Part shown: positions 39,574 through 51,259 of the stretch, piece by piece | Position numbering within the stretch: position 1 is the stretch's first letter | Layout of the letters: each line of letters begins with the position of its first letter | NCBI GenBank assembly: GCA_013265495.1 | Contig: MU058213.1 | Coordinates: 372,001 to 436,000 of the forward strand | Source: Vicugna vicugna | Lineage: Eukaryota | Direction: 5' to 3' | Length of the DNA: 64,000 bases | Made by a program: the position numbers and the translations under genes | The notes under the pieces: model-generated | Databases searched by the model: none | What the model saw: only the letters and a program-made list of their open reading frames with translations | What the model was told of the DNA's origin: nothing

Positions 39574-40277
39574 ATCTGTCACTCAGAGCAAGACAGGCCA
39601 TCACAGCCAGGCAAGGGGCCGATGACAGGGAGCACAGGACAAGGTGGCTGAGTCAAAGGCTGGGTGTAGTCAGGGAGCCCACAGGAGGGAAGGACAGGGC
39701 TCCCCCAGCCCGTGTGCATGCCGTTGTACCCGGGCTCACCGACAGACCTGCCTATTTTAACTAGTCTATGAGCTTCCTGATGCCGGGGACTGCTTCATCT
39801 CCATCTCAGCGTCATCCACAAGCATTTAAGGTCTAGACTCTAAGATGACACATGGATGCCAGCATCAGGGACATCAGAGATATCCAGACACAGCATCAAG
39901 ATGGGAACCATCTATGGATGGGCACATTTGAAATTGAAGGTGAAAACAGATAAATGAGGCTAATATAAGGTAGTAGTTAGAAACAAGGGCTCTGGGGCCA
40001 TACTTTCTAGGTTCAAATCCTGGCTTTACCACGTTCTATTTCCTATGTCTTTTTTCTTTTCTGTAAAGTAAGGAAAGTCGCAGTACTTTCCACACAATCT
40101 GATCATTATGGGAATTGAATTAATTCAAGTAAAGCATTTAGAATAGTGCATGGCAGGAAGCACTCAAAAATGTTAGCAGCTATCATTAAATTTGGCTAAA
40201 AGTGAGAAAGGCCTAGGCTCCAAACTCTGTTATCAGTAGTAAAGCTAAGGAATGAAACCAGTCAAGCAAAAAGCCAG

Positions 40278-40393
40278 AAAAAAAAAAAAAAAAAAAGGAA
40301 GCATGCATGAGGTCCTGGGTTCAATCCCCAGCACCCCCATTAAAAATAATCAATAAATAAACCTAATTACCTGCCCCCACAAAGAACAACAAC
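40278..40393 (+). mobile_element. 5'-truncated vic-1-like SINE preceded by a poly-A run
   Basis: GCATGCATGAGGTCCTGGGTTCAATCCCCAG...AAACCTAATTACCTGCCCCC; the A-box half is absent. Confidence 0.8.
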
Positions 40394-41604
40394 AGCAAAA
40401 AACGGTGTGGCTGAATGGTAGGGAGTAATGAGCAAGCTCCAGGCCACTCATATAATCAATAAAATTTGGATTTGATTTTAAATGTGATGAGAAGCCCCTG
40501 GAGGGTGAAGGAAGGGAGTTAACATGATCTGATTACAGTTGAAGATCCCTCCAGCTGCGGAAAATGGATTGGTGAGAGAGGCATGAGTGTACAGGAAGCC
40601 CAGGTATGGGAGAAACTGTAATCACACAGGCAAGAGATATAAATAACCCCAAACAGTGAAGGGATATTTTAATTTGCTTTGGAATGTTTTATACTTTCAT
40701 CTGAACTTAGCTGGGACTGATGTTCTGGGAATTTCACGTCACATAAAACAAAGAAAAGTCCTGATCTAACAAGGAGGAGCTGGAAAACTCTACGGCTTTC
40801 CCACCTGCCCTCTGTTCAATGCTCCCTACCACCCAGTTCATGCCGATAACAGGAAGTGTGACCTTTTCAGAGTGATGCGGAACTACCCTATGTTTCTTGA
40901 GGGCGGATGACTAGGGCTGAGAAACAGCAACCACACTTTCATTTTAAAAGTCTCTCCTAATCAGAATTGAATAGCAAGACTCAATGAAATTTACAGTCTG
41001 CTCACTAAGAAGCAGATTACACAGTAATTGAGAGCTGACAAGATGGCCACAAGGTCAACCATGGTGAAATTAGGCAGAATGAATGCCATCAACAGCTTAT
41101 TTGAAATGACTCCCCCGTAAATAGTTTATAATGGTGGGTTTACTCTGGCGGGAACTCACAAAACTTTCCCCTAAGAGTTATCTCAACAGCTACCGCTGGG
41201 CATGACCAAGAACTCTCCCCAAAGGCCACCTGGGTCAGCTCCATCAGGTCACCTGCCGCACCACGAATGCAACATTCAGAGCTTCTTTTTCTTCCTCTCC
41301 ATTTCTCAAAAAAAGACGAACCCTTCCCTTATCCTTTCAGGATACATAATAACATTTACACAGCATTGTGTGGCCTATAAAACATTTCCATATACATACA
41401 ACTTTCATTTGATTATCATTATCATTTTACAGGATTAAAAAGACTTAAAGGATTCTCTCAGGATTATTTTCAATAAGTGCTGGTTTCAACCTCCTCACCT
41501 CACTGTCTCCTATTAAGTTCTAGGTGTTGGTGGCAGTTGGACTCCCCCCTTGCCATGTGTGAATGAGGAAAAGGACTGATTTCTTTCCCACGCTAGCTCA
41601 GGAA

Positions 41605-41860
41605 ATATATGAGAGTCCATTTATGGAATGTCCAGAAAAGGCAAATCTATAGATTGAAAGCAGATTCCTGGTTATCTGGAACTGCAGAAGGGGACGGGCA
41701 CAGGGATCCTCTCAGGGTGATGGAACTGCTCTAAAATTGGATTGTGGTAATGGTTGAACAATTCTGTAAATTTACTAAGAATTCTTGAATTGTACACTAA
41801 AGATGGGTGAATTTTGTGATATGTAAATTATACTTCAAGAAACCTGTTTTTCAATAAAGA
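41605..41860 (+). mobile_element. Old L1M 3' end
   Basis: ccagaaaaggcaaatctataga...tgaattgtacact...tgtaaattatacttcaa. Confidence 0.75.
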
Positions 41861-43329
41861 ATGCATGAGAATGTATTAAAACCCGTAAACTGCTAAGGGC
41901 TACTTTACCATACCTCCCTCTACAGGTGGCACTATTTATTTATGGTTCTCTTCCCTTTGACCAGGAAAGGTCAACAGTTTCCAGCAGCAGCAGAGGATAA
42001 AGTTATAAACACGAAAGGTTTACATACACTTACATTTCTAACTCACCACATTTGTTCCCCCTAAAATGCCAATCATTTCACCTTTTCTCAGCAAGCTGAC
42101 TTCTGAAAGGGGAAGTGTTAAGAAGCAAGTGGGCTGAGTAGCTCATTGGAAGAGAAAGAGAAGACTCCAGGGATAAAACTGGACAGGAAATGACTGAGGA
42201 CACTGTGGGCAATGGTCTGGAGAGGACAGAGGACAGGGAAATTTCTTGGGGGTAACAAAAAGTCAAAGAAAAAGTTTATGCAAATAATAGGTTTCCTCCC
42301 TGCCTCTCATCTACTTTCTGTTTCTATACAAGGCTTCCAAACAAAGTTCACAGTGGCTGCTGGGAGGGAGCTGGTCAGTTTCCTCCAGAGGCTTGCATCC
42401 AACTGAAAAGAGCTAGAATCCTCGCAAAAGCCATAGCAAAATCTAGAATGCTGCATTAGGGAAGGGGACTTAATGTCTCAGTGGACATAAGCATAGCCAG
42501 GGAAATTCCAGCCCAGCTAAGTTCATGTCTGAGATCTGAACTATATTTAATAGTTTCTCAATTCAGCCCTAGTAGTTTCATTTTCCCAGACCCACTTCCT
42601 CCAATGCCTCTTACTCTGGTAGAGATGCTCAAATCTAAACCCACATTTAATTCAATGTAAAGACCCAGTGTTGGTGGAAGAGGGCGAAGCAAGCTATGCA
42701 GTACCAGCAGCAGCACCAGCACCAGCAATCTTCTTTCTGTAGGTTAGAGAACTGGCCTCAAATCACACTTTGCAATTCAAGTCAAGCCGGCTGCACCGCC
42801 TGGACTCAAACCCTACCCTGGACCCAGTCTTTGAGGGTCTGCTCAACCCTAGGGCCTAGTGATTTCATACTGGCCAGGCTGTCCCCTGGATTAAGGCCAC
42901 CCGTGTGAGAAGGACCCACCATGTGCCAGGCGAGGCACAGAATATACAGAGATGAATCAGACAAGCTCCCTGGCTTCTCAAGTAGCTACAGGCTAGTGGA
43001 AAGCAGTAGCCAACAATCTCACCACATTTAAAAGAAAACAGCATGTATCATCTTGTAGCACATCTAGCACAGGGCTCAGTAAAAGATAAGAAAGAATGAA
43101 TGCCAGTTATTAATAACTATGAATGGCTTTAAAAGGGATGATGAGAAGGGTCATTGAGATATTTCCTAAGTCACAGGCAGAAGAACTAGGGTCCATAAGG
43201 TGATAGGCCTAGCCAGGTTCCTCAGTGTGAACATTCTTCTTTCCTCTAGAGAAGCCTCTCACAGCCCTGGGCCCATCTCTAGAGCGGAGATACTCAAACT
43301 AACAGTAAACAAATAAGCAGAAAATGTAG

Positions 43330-43980
43330 AGTGTATATCAGTAAATCATCCAGAATCCAACCACTTCTCACCACCTCCTTCTGTACTGCTTTGGTTCACA
43401 CCACCATCCTCGCTCACCTGCATTCCTACGAAAGCCTCCAAACTCTCTAGCCTCCCTGCCTTGGCACTCATCCCACCTATACAGTCTATTCTCCAAGCAG
43501 CAGCCGGAGTGATCCTCCCAATTCAAAAGTCAGATCATGTCATTCTTCTACTCAATCTCCTCTGATCCTTCCGAACTCACCTAGAGAAAAAGCCTAAGTT
43601 CTTACAATGGCCTTCAAACCCCTAAAGTGATCTGGTCCAAATACACCTCAGTGCGTTCTAAGCACCAGCCAATGCTATGCCAGAGAGTTGTCGACTGTGC
43701 TCCCACCTCAGGACCTTTGCATCACTCCCTGCTCCTTCTGCCTGCAATGGTCCTCACAAATATCTGCACAGCTCCCTCCCACACCTCCTTCCATGGCCAC
43801 ACCATTTTAAATTACAGCCACCTCCGCCAGCCCTTTCTCCTCTCCCTGTTTGTTTGTTTGTTTTTGCTTATCTGTACCTGACATGTACATTTTGTTTGTT
43901 TACTTGCTATCTCCACTGACTAAATTATAAGCTCCATGAGGGCATGGATTTTTATTTATTCACTAATGTATCACCAGAAA
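43330..43980 (+). mobile_element. L2a fragment
   Basis: atccagaatccaaccacttctcaccacctcc...gtcagatcatgtca...taagctccatgagggca. Confidence 0.75.
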
Positions 43981-44162
43981 GGTAGAAGCTGGAAAGAAAA
44001 AAAGAAAAGAAAAGTCTGATGAATGATGCTGTTGAGCAAACAGGAAAGAAGGGAGGGGCACCAGGGTGAAGGAGGGTTGCAATTTGCCACAGAGTAGCCA
44101 GGAAGGCCTCAGGGAGGAGACACTTAAGCAAAGACTTGAAAACAGTGAGGGAGCAAGTCAAC

Positions 44163-44338
44163 CAGCCAATATCAGCTACATAATTTGTGGTGCCCAGAGA
44201 AAAGTGAGAATGTGCGGCCTTTATTCACAAATTACTAAAAATCTCAAGACAGCAACAGCAGAGCATTAAGTATAGGGCTTTTCTAAGCCTGGGGCCCGTG
44301 TGGCTGCACTGGTCCCACCCCTAAGAAGTGGGCCCTGT
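44163..44338 (-). mobile_element. MER45A (hAT-Tip100) MITE within an antisense L2
   Basis: gctacataatttgtgg.gcccag...caagacagcaacagcagagcatta...gggccctg matches the MER45A reverse complement. Confidence 0.75.
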
Positions 44339-45433
44339 GTGCTGTGTTCCAGACAGACGGAACAGCAAGTGCAAAAACCTCAGGAAGGGACAGTGCATTG
44401 GGAACGAGCAAAGAGGCCATACTCGTACAGCATGAGCATTCCTGGGCTCCTTTACTGGATATTCTGATCCAGTAGGCTCAAGGTCAGCTCGGATCCTTTC
44501 TTTTAGTCTGTCCTAGGGCCTTCTATCTGGGCAAGTTTGAGGAACACAGATCTATTTTCACATCTTGGGATGTACCCTGCTGCTAACTGTTGAGTACTAT
44601 TTCATATAACAGTTTCCAACTTGTTCCCCTGGCAACCCTGGATGGGTAGCCAGGCCTCCATCTTCACCCCCTGTCAGAGTCTCTGTTCTGGGAACTTCCA
44701 TGTCCCTAAAATATTTCTGGCTCTTACTTATCTCCCCCACCAAGGGACTGACTGAAGTCCTCCTGGACTCCTAGCTGGGTTGGCCAGAGAGCTGTGGTGA
44801 ACAGCCAGGCTTCCCTGAGAGCTCCTTTTCCTCTAAGTAAGAATGCAGAGCTGTGCTCTGCTCTTACCAGACATGCAATGTTAAAGTCGGCTGTTTGCCT
44901 GGACTGACTTAATTTCCAGGTGCACCACATTGGGTCTCTAAATCTCCAACATCTCATCACCTACTCCTTTAAACAACAGTTTAAATATGCTGTGGATGAC
45001 CCTGGCAGTCAATATTAGAAACTTAACTCACTCAACTTCTTTCTGTTCAGTTGGGGAATGAGAAAAACTTCTCTGCCTTTTTAGCCTCCACCTAAAATAT
45101 CAATTTTTCAATGAGTAAATCCAATTAATATCTGTAGCTGCTAATGCAAGCAAATCACTTCACTGTTGCAAGTATTTTCATTTTCACTAGTGTCATATAA
45201 CCACTGGAAAGAGTCTCTAAAAATATCACCAACTAGAGCTCAGGGCCCAAAGTAAATGATGTATGTAATAAGCCAGCAGTTCTCAACTAAAAGTGCATTC
45301 TTCCCAGGGAAAATGTGGCAATGTCTGGATGCAGGTGGGGGGTGCTGCTGACATCTAGTGGGCAGAGGTCAGAGATGCTGCTAAACATCCTGCAATGCAC
45401 AGAACTGTCACCCCACAACAAAGAATTATCCAG

Positions 45434-45710
45434 ACCAGGGGGGAGGGGGTGGATAGGGACAGACTGGGAGTTCAAGATTTATAAGATACTGGCTGGTATA
45501 TATAGAATAGATGGACAAGTTTATACTTGTTGGCACAGGGAAATATGGTCAAGATCTTGCAGTGGCTCACGATGAAGAGTATGGGGGTGAATTGTGTGCG
45601 TTCATCTATGACTGAAAAACTGGGCTGTACACCAGAGATTGACACAGCGTAAACTGACTATAACTCAATAAAAAAAGAAAGAAAGGAAATACGATTCTCT
45701 CAAAAAAAAG
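45434..45710 (+). mobile_element. 5'-truncated lineage-specific L1 3'UTR with A-rich tail
   Basis: gggagttcaagattt...gcacagggaaatat..tcaagatctt...gctgtacaccagagattgacaca..gtaaactgactataactcaataaaaaaa. Confidence 0.85.
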
Positions 45711-46035
45711 TACATTAGTTACACACAAATAGTTAGCTGATTTATGAATTAAGTATACAGATAAAACAGTTCATCTGGGAGCTGATATCCTCAAAAGGCT
45801 ACTGATGAAGGAAGTTATTACAATTAAGAAATTCTAACCTACCAAGAGTCAATCAATGCTCTGGCAAGAAATCAAAACACAGAAAAAATATTTTCATGTA
45901 ATTTTTATTGTGTCTGTTGTCTGGCTGAAGAAAAGCATTAAAGTACAATGAAAGTATAATTTATCTTTTGCACCATATGTACAAGTTTTAGTTTAAAAAC
46001 TAAAGAGAAGTGAGATATTTTCAAGAGATATTCTT

Positions 46036-46136
46036 GGGGAGGGTATAGCTTGCTGGTAAAGCACATGCTTAGCGTGCACAAGGTTCTGGGTTCAATCCCC
46101 AGTACCTCCAATTAAAAAAAAATTAAATAAATTTTA
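46036..46136 (+). mobile_element. vic-1-like SINE (short tail form)
   Basis: GGGGAGGGTATAGCT...GGGTTCAATCCCCAGTACCTCC plus A-rich tail; TSD core agatattct on both sides. Confidence 0.88.
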
Positions 46137-47689
46137 AAAAGATATTCTGATTGTCAGAGACATTGCCTGCCTATTATGATACTGAATGAGGAGGCAAATA
46201 TAATGCTTCTCTACTGGGAAAAAAAAAGAATTATCCAGTCCATAGTATCAATAGTGCTGGGGATGAAAAACCCTATAGTAGACTACCTGTGGCTACCGAT
46301 TATAGTTCCCAGTTCAGTATGCTTCAGCTCAACGTCTTAAAATCAAGTCTTTATAAAGTAATGAAAAATCTGATTTACACTTTAATGAAAAGGGGTGATA
46401 AGGCTCTACTTTAGCAAAAATGGGGATTAGAAAGCATTTGATCCAGGGTGGAGAACTGCAGTGAGCTGATATTTAGGAGCTCTGAGCAGCCCCATGGAAA
46501 CCACAGAGGGCAGTGGGGTGCAGGGAGACTGCTGCAGGTAGGGACCAGGGAAATAACACTTCTCTGGATATCATGGATTCCTAGGTGCAGTCACCCTGGC
46601 CTGGTAAGTAAGATGCATAGAAACCAGAGAGGAAAGACTTCCCTTCTTCAGTAACCAAGATGCTAAAAGAGCTCTTGATGAGACTAGGATAAAAATAAGG
46701 ATGGAAATCAGAAGTGATATCTAGAGCAAAGCAAATGCTTTATCACTGTGCTAATTCAATCTGGTCTCAATGAACAAGCATACTTGGAAAATATCCTTAC
46801 CTTTCACCCATCTTCTCATCTGTAAAAAGGAGATTAATTACACCTACCTCCAAGGCTCACTAGGAAAATCAAATTGAATAAGAACAAGATGGAGCAAGGC
46901 AAATGCAAGGCCTGGCACACAGCAGGCATTCAGCAGAAGGTAGCTACCCATACCTCCCAAGGCTGCCTTCCTCTGGCTCTGACTCAAACCAGGCCCCATG
47001 AATGCACATATAAGAACTGAAGTTCTACGTACTCTCCCAGGAGGGCAGGATGGGACTGTTCATGGCATGATACTGTCTGTACGTGCCCGTGCAACAAGAT
47101 CCCTGCTCTCAAAATGTTTAAATGATAGAAGGACCTGCCAGGTAAACACAGACCAGCTCGAGTGTACAAAATAGATTACTTAGTCTCTGTCACTGGTGAA
47201 GGGCCGGAAAGAGTTTCACTTGAAGAGAAAGATAAAGATAAGATCACTTCTCTTCCCATTGCTGTCTAGGGTGCTTCAGAAAAGAACGTTGAAAACTGAT
47301 ACAGAACTCAAAAGGCCATCACCTAGTTCAGAGTTAATTATAAGTAATTTTAATGAAACAGTATGTTCCCTCAGGTTTCTATGTCCTTCCCAGAGGTGTA
47401 ATGCGATAGGCCCAAGACACACACACTTATAAATTTATAATAAACACAGCTCTCCAGCTCACCTAGACCACATTCTTGGCTGCTGCTTAGCGACAGGTGT
47501 CACATTCACAGTTGCCAGTGGGCCCAGGGGTGTAATTTCACTTCTGAATAAAGCAGCAGCATCAATAGAACCAGAACCATCCTGCGGGAACAACTGTACC
47601 CTTCCTGACTCATCACAGCCCTTGTTTACCCACAAAACAAAATTCTCCGCCCAAGTTCACACCCCAGTTCGGCTTTCACTGAATATAGA

Positions 47690-48720
47690 GCAGTACGACC
47701 CGGACTGAAAACCGGGCGAAAGTGGCTCGTGGTGGTGCCAACGCCCTGGTCCTCTTTGGCCTTCCTCACGCGACAGATCTGGTCCGAGCGTGAGCAGGGC
47801 ACCGGGAACTTGATGCACAACACCAGAGGAGGGAGCCTTGGCGGCCTGCCGCTCTGGCTAAGGGACCGGCTCTGGCGACCGTCGCCGTCCCCGCAGCGCG
47901 CGGGGCCGAGGGCTCCGGGACGAGCCGCCAGGCGTGCAGGGGGAACGCGGATGGCTGCCTCCTCGACGCCCTGCTACCCGCGCGCCCGACCCCGAGCCCT
48001 GGTGCCCCCTCCCGCGGCGGCGCGCCCTGCTCACCGAGACTCCGTACTTGAGCGCAATGCCCTGCAGCGTGTCGCCGGCGCGGACCCGGTGCTCCACATG
48101 GCGCTCGATGACGCCGGCGCCCAGCGGCGCCCGCACGCTGGCCGTGCTGCCGTACGAGCGGGTCTTGGTGCGAGCCAGGCTCAGCGACAGCTCGGCCTCC
48201 TCTGCCTCGGAGCCCGAGCGCGGCGGCGACGGCGGCGGCGGCGAGGGGGCTGAGGACCGGGGCGCGCGGAGGCCGCCTGCCCGCAGGGACGGCGCGGGCG
48301 AGGAATCCGCCATGGGTCCTGCGGAGGCCGCCGGGTCGGGAAGCTCGCCAAGGGGGCGGCGCCTCGTCCGCCGCCGCCGCCGCCTCTTCCTCCTCACAGG
48401 GGCTGCGGAGGGCCGTTCCGCGGGGGCGGCGGGCTGGAGGCCGCCGCGGGAAGCTGCGGGCTGGCCATGGCAGGCTCCCGCTCCTCCGCGTGCCGCCTTC
48501 CCCGGCGCACCTGCAAGGAGGGAGAGGGAAACGAGCTCCGGCAGCTGCCCTGCCAACCGCGCGGCTCCACCCTGCGCGCCAGGACCCAGTGGGCCCTGCG
48601 GTGCTAGGAGCGGGCCGCGCTAACCACCCGGCGCGGCCGTGCGGCTACGAGGGCTTCATCCTTCGGCGCCCTCCGCCCCGGTGGAACCCCGCGCAGGGCC
48701 GGCGGAGTCTGGTTAGAGCC
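47690..48720. promoter_or_regulatory. LYSMD2: CpG island / LYSMD2 promoter and first exon
   Basis: Abrupt very high GC and CpG density against an AT-rich background, GC boxes, (CCG)5 at about 48368-48383, spans the start codon. Confidence 0.9.
48035..48313 (-). CDS. LYSMD2: LYSMD2 coding exon 1 (LysM domain-containing protein 2; 217 aa in total)
   Basis: ATG at 48313; MADSSPAPSLR...HRVRAGDTLQGIALKYGVS then donor |gtgagc; LysM signature HxVxxGDTLxxIAxKYG; 279 bp, phase 0. Confidence 0.96.
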
Positions 48721-50884
48721 CTGCCCTGCCCACAGCAAAACAGCAAAGCTTTGCTCTGCCTCATTTATTGATTACCCAGCAGGCGCCAGCTTTCTCAAAC
48801 CTTCGAGCTCTTCCTGCCAAGGGCACTTCCCAGTCCCACCCAATTACCCAGTAAGACCATTAAACACACACAGCTTCTCCAGGCCCATCTCAACAGCCTG
48901 GAGGGTTCATTGCGCTCAACACTCCAGGAAGAAAGATGCTTCTAAAGCCTGGTGGGTGACCTCAAACTAACCCTCCAGTTCTTTTGGTTTCGCTCTTCAC
49001 TGCACACCAGTGCCAATTTTAGCCCTGCGCTGCCTTGAATAGCTACAGTCCATTCTCCTGGCTCGCTGCATAGAATTCACTATCTGCATCCATTTTTTTC
49101 TCCTTATCAATTTCCTCGTTAATATCCTGAAATCATGACTCCCCAAAGTTTTATCATTAAAACCATCAATGGTCTCTTATCTGTATTCTTCATCTGAACA
49201 CCTTTGCCTCAACTTTCTGGCTTTTGATAGTATTCTCCAGAGTGGATGCGCATTTACTGGAAACTAGTGCCCGGGATTCTGCTGTACTCTGGACAGCTCT
49301 CCAAGAGGAGGTACCCTATAGGCAGGTTAGGAGACTGGATGTTTAATTCGTTGGCTGAAGTTTCGACGTGTTGCTGTGCTGGACAGAGGCAAGGGAACTA
49401 GATCTCAGGAGAGGAGACAGGACAAAGGATGGGAGGAACAGGTGGTCGCCTCATCACCCTCCCATTCAAAAATTCTTCAGTGGCTCCCTATGGACAACAA
49501 CATTACCGTAACTCACACTGGCATTCAAGCTCTTGTTTTCATTTTTATTATTCACGCTCTGGCCATACCCTATCTACAACTCATCCTGCAAATTCCATAT
49601 GCTCCTGCCAAACAGAGCCACTTGAACTTGCCCCTTCTTCCTACCTTCATGCCTTGCATGTGCTAAATCCTCCACTTGTAACGCCACTCTTCCAATACTC
49701 TCTGTCTTTCCCCCTTCTTCTCACCTGACCCCCTTCCCCAAATGCCCAATTGTTGTTTCTCCATTGAACCTCAAGGTGTTTTGTACCTTTTGTTTAGCAG
49801 TTAACTTCTATTTTGTGAGATGTCCTTGTCTTATTCCTATGTCCTCTATACATACTCCTGGGAGGTGTAAATAGATCTTACTCATTCTTTTTAGCTCCAG
49901 CAAATGCCTAGCTCGGTGCCTTGAATAAACCATCAAAAGTGGTTAAACTGAGATGTAGTAAAAAGATCCTGAAAGCTGAATTAGATTGTTTAGCAAGAGT
50001 CTACCATAGATGAACTCTTGGGTGGTATCCAGTGTGCCTATCCCAGGACCTAAGAAAGAGGCAGAACCCCTCTGGAAATGAGATCAAGTAATACTTCAAG
50101 ATAACAAAAGAAACTGCCCTCAAAGACTTGACAGTCTAGTAGAGAGACAGCACATAATGCATCTTCCACTAAAGGAAAGTCTACTGAAGAACTAGAGGTT
50201 TTTATTTGAAGATTAAGAACTGGGTTCTATGGTGTGTTGTTAGGTGGTCTTTAGAAAAGGTTCCATGCTTAATTGGGGGAAATGCAGCAATCTATATTTC
50301 TATTTTGGAGGTTCACAATGCATATCAGCATACTGAAGGCTCTAGGAGTCCTAAAGTAAGCTATTGGATTTTGTTTGACACCATTATTTCCCAAACTTAT
50401 ATGATCATGGAATTCCTTTTTAATCAGAATTTCTACAGTTCGGGAAATGCTGAAGTAAAGTGGGGAAAGATACGCCTAAATAAGGAACCAGGGAGATGAC
50501 TGAGCGTCACTGATTCCCAAAAGATGGAACAATATACCTAATGAGGCAGAAAATGAGCCAGGAAGCAAAAAGGCGAGGTGATGATCACTTAATTGCTTTA
50601 CAGAATGACCGAGGCATCTGTAAAAGTGCAGGGGAAAAGTTGCCACCAAAAATGTACAGAGATGTGAAACCCATCTCACTTCTTTCTTACTAGGGCTAAC
50701 TTCTAAGCTGTCCCTAATTATTTTCAATTTCTCCAGAACAGTTTACTCCATAACAGTTGTAAAATGCTCTGAAATAAATTCTACACAACTCTCAGAATTT
50801 TCTCCACAATTCCTTTTTGTGATGATCTTCACTGGAGTTTTCTCTAGCTTTCAGAAATTAATTGGCTTGAATTAATACTTATTT

Positions 50885-51020
50885 TAAAAAATTATTTATT
50901 ATTTTTAAGATTTTTTGGGGGTAATTAGGTTTATTATTTTTTTAATGGAGGTACTGGGGATTGAACCCAGGACCTTGTGCATGCTAAGCGTGCACTCTAC
51001 CACTGAGCTATACCCTCCTC
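50885..51020 (-). mobile_element. vic-1-like SINE
   Basis: Reverse complement of the consensus; 17-bp TSD tga[a/g]ttaatacttattt at 50868-50884 and 51021-51037. Confidence 0.9.
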
Positions 51021-51259
51021 TGAGTTAATACTTATTTGATATTTTAGGATTAGGGTTCTTTGTGAGTTGTTTTTCCCTAGATAGATCTGGGCTTTTTCCA
51101 AATATCTAGCCTTCCTGTGAATTTTATATCGATTTTCTCCTAATCCAAAGAATGAAAGTTATTATCTACAATTTGCAGCTCAGATTGAATTTTTTTGTGT
51201 ATTTGTTTTTCCTTCTTCAAACAGAACTTCAAAATTAGTTTCATGTGTATCTACCTACA

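Larger units (their letters stand above)
45276..46275 (+). mobile_element. MER20 split in two (45276-45433 and 46225-46275) by a composite L1 insertion
   Basis: cagcagttctcaac...gatgctgctaaacatcctgcaatgcacag...ccccacaacaaagaattatccag | aaagaattatccagtcc...tcaatagtgctggggatgaaaaaccct. Confidence 0.85.

Noticed and set aside
41929..41942. Near-CTCF motif TCTACAGGTGGCAC (approximate position)
   Set aside because: Three mismatches in the conserved 5' core; not supportable without ChIP data.
47729..48771. Long + strand ORFs (174, 229, 93 aa) over the LYSMD2 CpG island
   Set aside because: Antisense shadows of GC-rich coding and UTR sequence; low-complexity Arg/Pro/Ala with no recognisable domain.
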